A stretch of DNA of 41,512 nucleotides from Candidatus Fraserbacteria bacterium (GCA_037441155.1 JBBISQ010000006.1:1-41512), one strand, 5' to 3'. Numbered from the stretch's first letter, positions 27,092 to 36,108 are shown. Notes: a model not told the origin generated them from the letters alone. Numbers and translations: made by a program.

Positions 27092-27338
27092 TCTTCCCCC
27101 GCCTGCCCCTGAAGCGTTGGTGCTCTACGTCGAACTGAACGAAAAAGATGTGCACTTCTTCGACAGCGCTTTAAAAGCTTTTCATAATATGGTCAATCCC
27201 CGGCGCGATGTGAAGCTCATCAACGGCAAGCTCTATTATAAGAACTTTGTCTCTCCCGATTTTTGGCCCGACGTCCAGAAGATTCTCGAAGCGCTGCGGG
27301 AGTACATCCCTATCGGAGACATCGTGATCGAATCGTGA
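27075..27338 (+). CDS. Small conserved hypothetical protein, DUF4911-like (87 aa)
   Basis: MLDLSDLPPPAPEALVLYVELNEKDVHFFDSALKAFHNMVNPRRDV...; resembles the ~80-aa DUF4911 proteins as I recall them. It overlaps the mazG end by 17 nt and the next gene by GTGA. Confidence 0.5.
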   Translation: MLDLSDLPPPAPEALVLYVELNEKDVHFFDSALKAFHNMVNPRRDVKLINGKLYYKNFVSPDFWPDVQKILEALREYIPIGDIVIES

Positions 27339-27841
27339 AAGGCGTGCTGAACTCTCTCCGGCCTGATGAGATCTGTCCCTCGGTCGAGGCGATTGACTAT
27401 GAACGTCTCTGGCGCGCGGGGTATCGAGCGCTGATCTTCGATATAGACAATACGCTTGGGGAGTGGGGCTGCGCTTCTATCCCGGAGCGTGTTTACGCGC
27501 TCTTACGCCGATTGGATGCCCGTGGCTTTGTTTTGGGGTTTCTCAGCAACGATGGCGGTGGCGATCGCCCTGTGGTGAAAGAGCAGCTGAGCGGTTGGTC
27601 TGTCATCTGGCGGGCCAAGAAACCGCACACCCGCGGCTATGAGAATATTCTCGATCTGTTGCAGAGCGTAAACGCACAGGCAGTGATGATCGGGGATCAA
27701 CTGTTTACGGATATTTGGGGAGCCAAGCGTGCAGGGCTCTATGCTATTTTAGTGGCTCCCGTTAGCCCGCGCTCGGATTCGCTCTGGGCGAAGCTGCGCC
27801 GCCCGCTCGAACGGCTTCTCCTGCGCCTACTCGCCAGATAA
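27335..27841 (+). CDS. HAD-IIIA phosphatase, YqeG family
   Basis: HAD motifs IFDIDNTL, LSND, AKKP and GDQLFTDIWGAKRAG. The GTG at 27335 overlaps the stop of the preceding gene (27336-27338) and gives a typical ~168-aa protein. Confidence 0.8.
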   Translation: MKGVLNSLRPDEICPSVEAIDYERLWRAGYRALIFDIDNTLGEWGCASIPERVYALLRRLDARGFVLGFLSNDGGGDRPVVKEQLSGWSVIWRAKKPHTRGYENILDLLQSVNAQAVMIGDQLFTDIWGAKRAGLYAILVAPVSPRSDSLWAKLRRPLERLLLRLLAR

Positions 27842-28207
27842 GATACGGCCCACAAAGATCCCAATCATCGTGAGAAAGAATATACTAAGAGCGCCCCACC
27901 ACACAGAGCGGAGGATCAGTTCCGGCGCTGTCGCGGTGATCTCAACGTTAGCGATATAGATCGCCAAGAAGAGCGTGATCGTGCCGACGACTGTGACACA
28001 GAGGCTGGTCAGAAGCCCCTCTTGTACCCCCTTGACGAGCAACCCCACACTGAACCCGGTGAGCAGCACCAGCACGTATGCGATACTGCTGGGCACGGGT
28101 GAGAACTCGAGGAACTCTCCGGATTGGAGGGCTGAGCTCGCGCCGGCAGCCACCCCTGCTGCTAGGATGAGGAGGCCCACGCGCACGAGATTATGAAGAG
28201 CTTTCAT
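27827..28207 (-). CDS. Hypothetical integral membrane protein (about 4 TM)
   Basis: 126 aa and strongly hydrophobic (LLILAAGVAAGA, IAYVLVLLTGFSVGLLV, CVTVVGTITLFLAIYI, ALSIFFLTMIGIFVG). ATGA overlap with the upstream gene at 28204-28207. Confidence 0.6.
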   Translation of the reverse strand: MKALHNLVRVGLLILAAGVAAGASSALQSGEFLEFSPVPSSIAYVLVLLTGFSVGLLVKGVQEGLLTSLCVTVVGTITLFLAIYIANVEITATAPELILRSVWWGALSIFFLTMIGIFVGRILSGE

Positions 28208-28743
28208 AATCTATCAGCCTCCTCCGTGGGGATGGCGAAGAGGCCCACGGTAGGGATCTTCTTGCGCACTTCCCCTTGGGGCAATCGGAAGAGCACGCGC
28301 GCGGTGCCTTGGAAGAGTAACGCTACAGTCTCAGATTCTGCTTGTAGTAGCTGCTGGAGCTTCTCGAAATTGGGACCCTCTATCTGCGCTTCGAGGGGGA
28401 TCTCCATCGCGGCGGTGAGATCAATCTGGACTTCACTGGTCGTATAGAACCCTAAATAGACGCGCCCGTCCGCGCTGTAGAGCTTCCAGTCCAAAAGCTC
28501 CAGCCAAGCAGGGATCTTCAGTTCCGACACTGCCAAGCGGGCTTGCCAGTGCAAACGTGCTTGCTGCGGGCCGATAGTACGAAATTCTGTCAGGCGTATC
28601 TCGAACTGAAAGCGTTGGAGCGTCTCGCGGAAGGCCGCGTAGCTTCTCTCCGTCAGAGTGAGCAATACCAAAGAGAGGGTGAGCAATGCCGCAAGCAAGA
28701 GGGCGCCGGCGATCTGCCGCCACGATCTCTTCTCAGACTTCAT
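28204..28743 (-). CDS. Hypothetical single-pass membrane protein with a beta-rich ectodomain (LEA_2/WHy-like impression only)
   Basis: 179 aa; N-terminal TM IAGALLLAALLTLSLVLLTL. The ATG at 28743 overlaps the end of the upstream ATPase gene by 11 nt. Confidence 0.5.
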   Translation of the reverse strand: MKSEKRSWRQIAGALLLAALLTLSLVLLTLTERSYAAFRETLQRFQFEIRLTEFRTIGPQQARLHWQARLAVSELKIPAWLELLDWKLYSADGRVYLGFYTTSEVQIDLTAAMEIPLEAQIEGPNFEKLQQLLQAESETVALLFQGTARVLFRLPQGEVRKKIPTVGLFAIPTEEADRL

Positions 28744-29776
28744 AGCACGCGACGAAGTGTTTGCTGCCCTTGTCTTCGAGAGGGGGATGGTCTTCGCGGG
28801 CGCAGCGGTCTGTTGCCATGGGGCAACGGTCGTAGAAGCGGCATCGGGGCGGTGGATCTATGGGCTTGCTCACGCCGCCCTTGATCTCGATGGGCTGGCG
28901 CTCCACCGCCGGGTCTGGGATGGGCACAGCGGAGATCAACGCACGGGTGTAGGGGTGCAGCGGCTTCTGAATGACCTCTTCGGTGGGGCCTAGCTCGACG
29001 ATCTTGCCCAGATACATCACGGCGATTCTATCACACATGTAGCGGGCGACGGCGAGATCGTGGGTGATGTAGAGATAGCTGATCCCGAACTCCTCGCGCA
29101 GGTCTAACATTAAGTTCATGACGCCGGTGCGGATGGAGACATCTAACATAGATGTCGGCTCGTCGGCGACGATAAAGCTGGGGTTGAGGATCATAGCCCG
29201 GGCGATGGCGACGCGTTGGCGCTGCCCACCCGACAGCTCATGGGGATAGCGAAAGAGAAAGCTCTCTGGGGGTGTCAGCCCCACTAAGCTCAAGAGTTCT
29301 GCCACGCGCTCCTCGCGCTCGTAGACGCTGCCAATCCCGTGGATGCCCAGGGGCTCGGCAACGATATCGAAGATCGTCATGCGCGGGTTGAGCGACTCAT
29401 AGGGGTCTTGGAAGATCATCTGGGCGTTGCGGCGAAATTCTTTTAATGCCCGACCTTCGAGCGTCGCGATATCTACGTATTGCTCCCCTTGGGAGTTTGT
29501 CGCGGGGTTAGAGGGGACGCGGAGATAGATATGCCCTGATGTGGGGTCGAGCAATCGCACGAGTAACGATCCGGTGGTCGTCTTGCCGCAGCCGGATTCG
29601 CCGATCAGACCGAAAATCTCCCCACGATTGATCTCGAAGCTTACGTCGTCCACAGCGTGGATGAAGCTACGCGCCCGCGCAAACACCCCCGTTCGGACGG
29701 GGAAGAATTTACGAAGCTGTTCCACGCGCACGAGCGTCTCTGTCTGCGTCTGTGTGTAGATGGCCACTGTGATCAC
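28733..29776 (-). CDS. Peptide/nickel ABC transporter ATP-binding protein (OppF/DppF-like)
   Basis: Walker [10 protein letters not shown], signature LSGGQRQRV, Walker B FIVADEPTSMLD, and the C-terminal oligopeptide-ATPase extension with CRFYDRCP. The GTG start at 29776 is uncertain (alternative GTG at 29767). Confidence 0.9.
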   Translation of the reverse strand: MITVAIYTQTQTETLVRVEQLRKFFPVRTGVFARARSFIHAVDDVSFEINRGEIFGLIGESGCGKTTTGSLLVRLLDPTSGHIYLRVPSNPATNSQGEQYVDIATLEGRALKEFRRNAQMIFQDPYESLNPRMTIFDIVAEPLGIHGIGSVYEREERVAELLSLVGLTPPESFLFRYPHELSGGQRQRVAIARAMILNPSFIVADEPTSMLDVSIRTGVMNLMLDLREEFGISYLYITHDLAVARYMCDRIAVMYLGKIVELGPTEEVIQKPLHPYTRALISAVPIPDPAVERQPIEIKGGVSKPIDPPPRCRFYDRCPMATDRCAREDHPPLEDKGSKHFVACYEV

Positions 29777-29797
29777 CTAATTAATTTATAAGCTTAC

Positions 29798-30955
29798 TCA
29801 CTGCAAGGGGTTCCAGCAAGCTGCGTACTGGCTTGGTTTATGCTCGCGGAACTGGGGCACTTCGCGCTCACAGATCTCTGTCGCATAGGGGCACCGCGGG
29901 TGGAACCGGCACCCCGAAGGCGGCTTGATCAAGTCTGGGGGCTCTCCGGGCAGGGCGGCCAGCTTCACCTTCTCGCCCTTAATAGACGGAAAGGCCGACA
30001 TCAGGGCTTTGGTATAGGGATGGATCGGGTTCTTGAAGATCGGCTCGGAAGGCCCAAATTCGACCAACCCCCCGGCGTACATCACCCCGACTTTGTCCGC
30101 GACTTCGGCGATGACCGCGATGTCGTGTGAAATATAGATCATGCTCATATTGAGCTTCTTCTGGATCTGGCGCATCTCGCGCAGGATCTTGTCTTGGACG
30201 ATCACATCGAGGGCGGTCGTCGGCTCGTCAGCGATGATCATATCGGGGTCGCAGGCCAGAGCCATGGCGATCACGGCCCGCTGCTTCATGCCCCCGGAGT
30301 ACTCGTGGGGGTAGCGGTCCATCAGCTGGCGATCCAGCCCAACGAGTTGGAAGAGCTCCGCCACGCGCTCACGGGCTTGCGGGAGAGAGATGGGCATGTG
30401 GGTCTGCAACGCTTCAACGATCTGATCTCCCACTTTGTAGACGGGGTTGAGCGAGTTCATCGCCGCTTGGAAGATCATCGAGATGCCCTTCCATCGAATG
30501 GGGCGCATCTCGTCGTCGCTCAGGGCCGTCAGATCGACTCCGATTCGAGCGATAGCATCTCGTTCCAAGCGTATCTGTTGGGTCCGCCCGTTGACGTGCG
30601 CCTCGAGCACCAGGTGCGATCTGTCAAGGCTGCTGAGCCGGCCTTGGTGTTCTTGCCCGTCTAATAAGATTTTGACGGGCTTTCCTAGGGAACGACGGGT
30701 GTGGGCTTCGTCGGTGGCGTCGCGGAAGAAATAGGCGTGGCCTCCGAGAAAGCGCGCGTTCTCCGGGAGCAGGCGTAACAGCGTCAATGCTACCGAGGTC
30801 TTGCCACAGCCCGACTCCCCTACTAAGCCCAGCGCCTCACCCTTGTCGAGAGAGAAGCTCACGTTCTCGACGGCTTTCACTTCCCCCTTTCGGGTGGTGT
30901 AGTGCATCGTCAGGTTCTCGACGTGCAGGACGGGATAAGTCGTCAGTGTTGTCAC
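29798..30955 (-). CDS. Peptide/nickel ABC transporter ATP-binding protein (OppD/DppD-like) with an internal ~60-aa insertion
   Basis: Walker [10 protein letters not shown], signature YSGGMKQRA, Walker [13 protein letters not shown]-terminal CRFHPRCP. Start set to the GTG at 30955, behind AGAGGTGAG and 4 nt after the upstream stop. The ORF-track start is 30994. Confidence 0.88.
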   Translation of the reverse strand: MTTLTTYPVLHVENLTMHYTTRKGEVKAVENVSFSLDKGEALGLVGESGCGKTSVALTLLRLLPENARFLGGHAYFFRDATDEAHTRRSLGKPVKILLDGQEHQGRLSSLDRSHLVLEAHVNGRTQQIRLERDAIARIGVDLTALSDDEMRPIRWKGISMIFQAAMNSLNPVYKVGDQIVEALQTHMPISLPQARERVAELFQLVGLDRQLMDRYPHEYSGGMKQRAVIAMALACDPDMIIADEPTTALDVIVQDKILREMRQIQKKLNMSMIYISHDIAVIAEVADKVGVMYAGGLVEFGPSEPIFKNPIHPYTKALMSAFPSIKGEKVKLAALPGEPPDLIKPPSGCRFHPRCPYATEICEREVPQFREHKPSQYAACWNPLQ

Positions 30956-30959
30956 GCTC

Positions 30960-31988
30960 TCACCTCTTGCGCAGGCGCGGATTGACCACTTCATCCAGCC
31001 CGCGACCTACAAGATAGAAGGCCGAACAGAGCAGGGTGATCGCCACCCCGGGCGGCACCCACAGCCACCAGTTCTGAAAAGACCGCCCGCCTAGAATATA
31101 GCCGTCGCTGTGCGCAGCGTCAATCATAATGCCCCAGCTGATCTTAATCCCCGGCAGCAGCCCAAAGAACGAGAGCGCCGCTTCGGAGAAGATCGCGCTG
31201 GTGACGTTGAACATCATATACAGAAACGCGAGGGGTAAGAGATTGGGGATGATATGGCGAAAGATCACGTGAAAGTGTCCGCCGCCGGCGACTTTAGCCG
31301 CTTCGATATAGGGCTTGACCTTCACGGCTAACGCCTGAGACTTCAAGATCACGGTGATCTGCCCGAACCCGAAGAGAATCCCCAAGATAAACGCTAATTT
31401 CAAGAGCGTCAGCTCGATCATCGAGCCGAGCACAATCAAGAACGAGACCAAGGGAAAGAGAATAAAGACGTCGGCCAAGCGCATGAAGAACGTGTCTACG
31501 AAGCCCCCATAATATGCGGTGATCGCGCCCACGAGCGTGCCGATCACGACGGTGATGAGCGCTGCTAATACACCAAGCATGAATTCCGAGCCCGTGCTGG
31601 CCATCAGTTGCGCTAAGATATCGCGCCCGTACTGATTCGTCCCCAAGGGGTGCCGGCGCGATGGCGGGCTGGGATTCTCTATCCCCGGGATGAGCGGGTC
31701 ATACCCGACTACCGGATGGTAGACTTGCTCAATGTTGCTGATGGCCCCATAGGGGGCATTGCGGGCAGCCTCAAGCTCCTCGGGCGTCCAGGCTAGATGC
31801 TCCATCAACCACGGATATGCCGGCCATAATGCCCCAAAGACTGCGAAGAATATAATAATCCCCAAGCCCGTCAAGCCGATCTTGCTCTCAGCGAACATGG
31901 CCCAACTGCCCTTCAAGCCACGCCAGAGCAGATGAAGCCGCACGCGCCAGAGCGCCTCGGCGGGTTTAAACGTCGTCGCAGCTTGCAT
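30960..31988 (-). CDS. Peptide ABC transporter permease (OppC/DppC-like)
   Basis: BPD_transp_1-like core (...AAKVAGGGHFHVIFRHIIPNLLP...). The ATG at 31988 lies 9 nt after GAAGGGAGA; an alternative GTG at 32009 is possible. Confidence 0.88.
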   Translation of the reverse strand: MQAATTFKPAEALWRVRLHLLWRGLKGSWAMFAESKIGLTGLGIIIFFAVFGALWPAYPWLMEHLAWTPEELEAARNAPYGAISNIEQVYHPVVGYDPLIPGIENPSPPSRRHPLGTNQYGRDILAQLMASTGSEFMLGVLAALITVVIGTLVGAITAYYGGFVDTFFMRLADVFILFPLVSFLIVLGSMIELTLLKLAFILGILFGFGQITVILKSQALAVKVKPYIEAAKVAGGGHFHVIFRHIIPNLLPLAFLYMMFNVTSAIFSEAALSFFGLLPGIKISWGIMIDAAHSDGYILGGRSFQNWWLWVPPGVAITLLCSAFYLVGRGLDEVVNPRLRKR

Positions 31989-32011
31989 AGAATCTGTCTC
32001 CCTTCTCACTC

Positions 32012-33358
32012 TTAATCATACCGGATGCGCGGATCGAGAAACGCATAGAGAATATCAGCGATCACGTGCGCGATCAGCGCGAAGATCCCGGTGAAGACGA
32101 GCGAGCCCACGGCTACGGGGTAATCTTGCTCCAGGGCGCTTTGCAGCAAGAGCTGCCCCATCCCCGGCCAGGAGAAGATCGTTTCGGTGAAGACCCCGCC
32201 ATCTACCGAGAAGGCGATAGCGAAGATCAAGCTTGTCACTACGGGCAATAACGCATTGCGCGCAGCGTGCTTGTCGCGCACGATATGATCGGGCAGGCCC
32301 TTCGCCTTAGCCGCCATTACATAATCTTCGCGCATCGTCTCCAGCATCGTATTTCTCATCAACAGCATCGTGCCTGCAAACGAGATCAGCGTGAGCGTTA
32401 AGATGGGCAGGACCATATGTTGCACGAAGTCCAGCGCCAAGGGGAAGAGCGGGATGGTCCCTGCGGGGAACTCAAGGTTCCACACAAAAAACTGGAACTT
32501 GGTATCGCGCGCCAATACGACGCGATCCACTTCGCCGAGCCAGCCGCCCCCAAAGAACAAGCCTGCTAAGATCAAGCCGAGGGCAATGGCTCCCCCAACC
32601 GTCGCATTTCTCTGCCATGCATAGGGGAAGCGCCGGCTCCACAGATAGACAATGCCCCAGAAGAGCGTCAGCCCGCCCAGCCACAGCAACATATGATTGA
32701 AAACGATGTTGGAGCAGCTAATCCCGATGCTGCAGTCGGTCGTCCCGATCTGGCGGATATTGGTCCAGCTATCGGGGTTGATAAACCCCCCGATGGGGAC
32801 AATATTCAGATTGACAGCGAAGAGCCAGACGAGCAGCAGCGCAAACCACGGGGTGAAGACCGTAAAGAGCACGACGCCCACCACGGTCGAGAAGTATTCG
32901 ATAATCGCGCCGCGCCGCCAGGCGATCACCTTTCCCATGAAAAATCCGATATAGAACGAGACGATCGTATAGGTCAAGAAGAGCACGATAGTTCGGGGCA
33001 GGCGCTCCTTGATGATATCCCAAGTAGGGCGCTGCTCGCGGCAGACCGGGTCTGGGGTGGCGCTGATGTTGCCCCATTTGAACGAGCATCCCAGATGGCC
33101 TGTCACGAAGTTCTTGAGATAATCAAGATATCGCTCAAAGATCGGTTTATCCAGTCCAAGCTGTTTGACGATGGCCTCGCGCGCTTCAGGGGTGATCTTA
33201 GGGTTGGCTGTGTAAATGTCGGTAATATCCCCTGGCTGGGCCTCCAAGATGATAAAGACCAGCGTCATATAGAGATAGAGCACGAGCAAGATTTGCAGGA
33301 GGCGCACGATAATGAACTTGCCCATGCCGCTGGTGAGAGCGTGCCAAACCCGTTGCAT
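32012..33358 (-). CDS. Peptide ABC transporter permease (OppB/DppB-like), enlarged
   Basis: N-terminal ...IIVRLLQILLVLYL...PGD and C-terminal ...EDYVMAAKAKGLP...RNALLPVVT...DPRIRY are typical of the family. Start set to the ATG at 33358, behind AAGGA; the ORF-track GTG is at 33427. Confidence 0.85.
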   Translation of the reverse strand: MQRVWHALTSGMGKFIIVRLLQILLVLYLYMTLVFIILEAQPGDITDIYTANPKITPEAREAIVKQLGLDKPIFERYLDYLKNFVTGHLGCSFKWGNISATPDPVCREQRPTWDIIKERLPRTIVLFLTYTIVSFYIGFFMGKVIAWRRGAIIEYFSTVVGVVLFTVFTPWFALLLVWLFAVNLNIVPIGGFINPDSWTNIRQIGTTDCSIGISCSNIVFNHMLLWLGGLTLFWGIVYLWSRRFPYAWQRNATVGGAIALGLILAGLFFGGGWLGEVDRVVLARDTKFQFFVWNLEFPAGTIPLFPLALDFVQHMVLPILTLTLISFAGTMLLMRNTMLETMREDYVMAAKAKGLPDHIVRDKHAARNALLPVVTSLIFAIAFSVDGGVFTETIFSWPGMGQLLLQSALEQDYPVAVGSLVFTGIFALIAHVIADILYAFLDPRIRYD

Positions 33359-33399
33359 AGAGATCCTTGATCCTTTCCCGAACTTCTCGCGTGAGAAGC

Positions 33400-33434
33400 C
33401 CTGGGGATGAGGGCGTGAGGCCCTCACCCCCAGG
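33400..33434 (-). other. Intercistronic stem-loop between the SBP gene and the first permease gene
   Basis: A 15-bp stem, 33400-33414 pairing with 33420-33434, around a 5-nt loop. The single A/C mismatch on the + strand becomes a G-U pair in the minus-strand RNA. A second small hairpin, CTTCTC/GAGAAG, lies at 33383-33398. Confidence 0.6.
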
Positions 33435-33445
33435 AGAGAGACACG

Positions 33446-35443
33446 CTATTTGAGCTGGACGTAGCTCATCAGGCCGTTGGTGCCCTGGATGCCGTCGAAG
33501 ACTTTTTCATAGGGCATATGGTCGCCCACGAAGGCATCAGCGCGGAACGCCTCAAAGAGCGGGGCGTTGAAGAGCGGCACATACGGCAGCTCCTCTGAGA
33601 GCATCTCTTGCATCTTGAACGCCAGCTCTTTCAGCTTGGACTGTTCGCAGGCCGCGCGGAACTCGTCAGCGATCTTGTCGAACTCCGGGTTATTGTATCC
33701 CTGGGGGTTCTGACCACCCAAGCCGGAGTTCTCGCTATGGAAGAAGCTGACCAAGTAGCTGGGGAACTTGCCGCCCAGGCCCCAGCCCAAGATCCACGCG
33801 TCGAACTTCTGGTCGTCGAAGACGCGGCTGGAGATCGTGTTGAACCCCGTGAGATTGACCTTGACGGGGATGCCGATCTTGTTGAGCCGCTCCTCGATGT
33901 GCAGCGCGAAGGTCGCGCGCAGGGGGTCATAGCCCTGGTGCGGCGCGAGCAGCTCGAAGGGGGCTACGGCCTTGCCCTTGTACTTCAGTCCGCGCCCTGG
34001 AGTGACCTTGTTGTTGGGGATGTCCACCTTGGGTTCGACATCCCAGCTGAAGCCGGCCTGCTTGAGCAGCTTAATGGCCAGATCGGCCTTCTCGGCTTCT
34101 TTGAGGCCCTTGCCGTAGGTCTTGATGTTGGGGTTGTACCAGCCGGTGTTGGCCAGCGGCACGATAGAGTACGTTGGGATAGCCAGCCCCGCCAGCGGCT
34201 GCTGCGTGATGAACTCGCGGTCGATCATAATAGAAGCCGCCTGGCGGAACTCCTTCACGTTGAAGGGCTCGCGGCGCAGATTGAAGCTCATGTAGTACAG
34301 GCCGTTGCCGGCGTTCTCGGCAATGCCCACGCCCTTGGTCTGCTTCAGTTGGTTACGGAAGCCTACAGCGACCCCCAAGGGGTTGAGCATGAAGTGCACG
34401 TCGCCCTTGATGAGCGCGGCGACAGCCGTCGCTTGGTCGCCATAGATGCGCCACTGGGTCGCGTCTACGAACGGCCCCGACGTGAGCTCCAAGCGCACCG
34501 TGGGCTTGTCTTTATCGAGGATGGCTGTGCCCCGGTCGCCGTCGTACTGGAAGCCCACTTTGGTCGTGTGGGTGTACTTATAGACGCCGGGCTTCTCTTC
34601 AGTATAGCCGCCGGCGTAGGGCCGGACGCTCTTGGCCCCGGCGAAATAGTGATTCTTATTGGCTGTCGACTCAGCGAAGGCTCCCGGCTCCCACTTCTGG
34701 AAGAGCCATCCTCCCGCTACGGGCTCGTCGTCGCCCTTGTTCTCGTAGAGGGCCTTGACGGGGTCTTGGGCCTTGGCCGCAGCTTCGAACTTGGGCTCCC
34801 AGTACGCTTTACTGAAAATGGGCGCGAAGAGCAAGCCCTCGTCCCAGCCGTCGTAGCTGCACTGGGCCTTCAAGAAAAACTTCACTGTATATTTGTCTAC
34901 GACTTCAGCGTGATCGAAGAAGTCGGGGTTGATAATGCCCGGCCAGTTGCCGCCCAGCTTCACCGGGTCAATGCCCTTGTAGGCGGGCTCGCCCTTGACG
35001 TTCTTCCCCATGATCGCGTTGAAGCTGAACGCCACGTCCTCAGCCGTGAGCTCGCCGATCTCCTTGCCGGTCTTGGGGTCAAACCACTTGATGCCCTTCT
35101 TAATCTTGATGGTCGCCGTCTTGTCCGCACCGATGGTCTTCATCTTGGTAGCTTCTTCTTCGGTGCTGGCGTCGGCGATCCCCGGGATATAATCATCGAA
35201 CTTGTCCGAGAACCCGAAGAGAGACGGCCCCCAGCCGTTGAGCCGGACGTAGAAGTTCCAGACCGTAGCTTTGGGGCCGAGCGTCGCTAAGCTGTTCAAA
35301 CTTGTCAAATCTTCGAAGATCGCGAGCTTATAGATCTTCTGGGCTTGGGCTTGCACGACCGAGTTGGACTGGCTGGAGAGCACAGCCCCGACGAATATAG
35401 CAAGCAAGACGACAACAGCAATAAATTTCACGCGTTTGAACAT
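33446..35443 (-). CDS. ABC transporter substrate-binding protein, family 5 (OppA/DppA-like), 665 aa
   Basis: N-terminal signal/anchor MFKRVKFIAVVVLLAIFVGAVLS. The ATG at 35443 sits behind GGGAGG. It heads the permease/ATPase operon, and its size and composition fit the SBP_bac_5 family. Confidence 0.85.
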   Translation of the reverse strand: MFKRVKFIAVVVLLAIFVGAVLSSQSNSVVQAQAQKIYKLAIFEDLTSLNSLATLGPKATVWNFYVRLNGWGPSLFGFSDKFDDYIPGIADASTEEEATKMKTIGADKTATIKIKKGIKWFDPKTGKEIGELTAEDVAFSFNAIMGKNVKGEPAYKGIDPVKLGGNWPGIINPDFFDHAEVVDKYTVKFFLKAQCSYDGWDEGLLFAPIFSKAYWEPKFEAAAKAQDPVKALYENKGDDEPVAGGWLFQKWEPGAFAESTANKNHYFAGAKSVRPYAGGYTEEKPGVYKYTHTTKVGFQYDGDRGTAILDKDKPTVRLELTSGPFVDATQWRIYGDQATAVAALIKGDVHFMLNPLGVAVGFRNQLKQTKGVGIAENAGNGLYYMSFNLRREPFNVKEFRQAASIMIDREFITQQPLAGLAIPTYSIVPLANTGWYNPNIKTYGKGLKEAEKADLAIKLLKQAGFSWDVEPKVDIPNNKVTPGRGLKYKGKAVAPFELLAPHQGYDPLRATFALHIEERLNKIGIPVKVNLTGFNTISSRVFDDQKFDAWILGWGLGGKFPSYLVSFFHSENSGLGGQNPQGYNNPEFDKIADEFRAACEQSKLKELAFKMQEMLSEELPYVPLFNAPLFEAFRADAFVGDHMPYEKVFDGIQGTNGLMSYVQLK

Positions 35444-35550
35444 GTCACAACCTCCCTTTCTGTGCTAGGTTTGTCTTAGCTAATGGTGCTCGACGGCATC
35501 CCCCTTCTGTCTATCACCCCCTTTGAAGAGAGTTGTGAGTGCGAACATTC

Positions 35551-36108
35551 TCAGAATCTCCCCGGTTGACGATACGACATGAGAATAGACCCTTTGGACG
35601 AACTCTCTCTGATGACCTGCTGCCAGCACTGCTCCTCGATCCAGCAGGCGGGGCCGGGGGTGCTGGGAGGCCACAGCCAGAGGGCAGCGACGATCGCCGC
35701 GACGGCTGCGCTCGCCAACGCCCCAAGCGCCAGGCGTCGACGCCAACTCCGCTCTTCTGTGGGGTGTCGGGCCGAGCTGAGGAGCTGCCAGCGGCTCGCC
35801 CGCAGACGCGAAACGCTCTGCTGACACCGGGCACACGTCAGGATATGCATCGAAACGTCAGGGCGCGTCCAGCGCGCGACGCGCCCCCGCGCGAATTGCT
35901 CGAACGCTTGCTCATCGCGGAAGCTCGCCCCGACGCGCCCCGCCCCAGGCCCATCCAGCAGCCTATTGGCCACATAGGCCCGCAAAATATCTTCGCTGGG
36001 ATGATCTGCGTACTCAAGGCGCTCTACGCCCCTGCAGAGATCAGCAAACTCAGTAAGCTTCTCGAGCTCGTTCTCGTAGGGGTGCTGCGGGGAGTAGTTA
36101 GTGTCCAT
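35551..36108 (-). CDS. Putative membrane-bound anti-sigma-like protein with zf-HC2 motif
   Basis: The ATG at 36108 lies 6 nt after GGAGG. It contains ...ILRAYVANRLL...HILTCARCQQSVSRL (Hx3Cx2C), then the TM LALGALASAAVAAIVAALWLW and a short Cys-containing C-terminal tail. Confidence 0.6.
   Translation of the reverse strand: MDTNYSPQHPYENELEKLTEFADLCRGVERLEYADHPSEDILRAYVANRLLDGPGAGRVGASFRDEQAFEQFARGRVARWTRPDVSMHILTCARCQQSVSRLRASRWQLLSSARHPTEERSWRRRLALGALASAAVAAIVAALWLWPPSTPGPACWIEEQCWQQVIRESSSKGSILMSYRQPGRF

Noticed and set aside
33608-35290. 560-aa + strand ORF, the longest unexplained ORF in the track
   Set aside because: It is exactly antisense to the OppA-like SBP gene. Its sequence is an R/A/G/L/V/E-rich low-complexity string typical of shadow frames in GC-rich coding DNA. 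It has no SD, and the opposite strand has a clear signal peptide, an SD and operon context.
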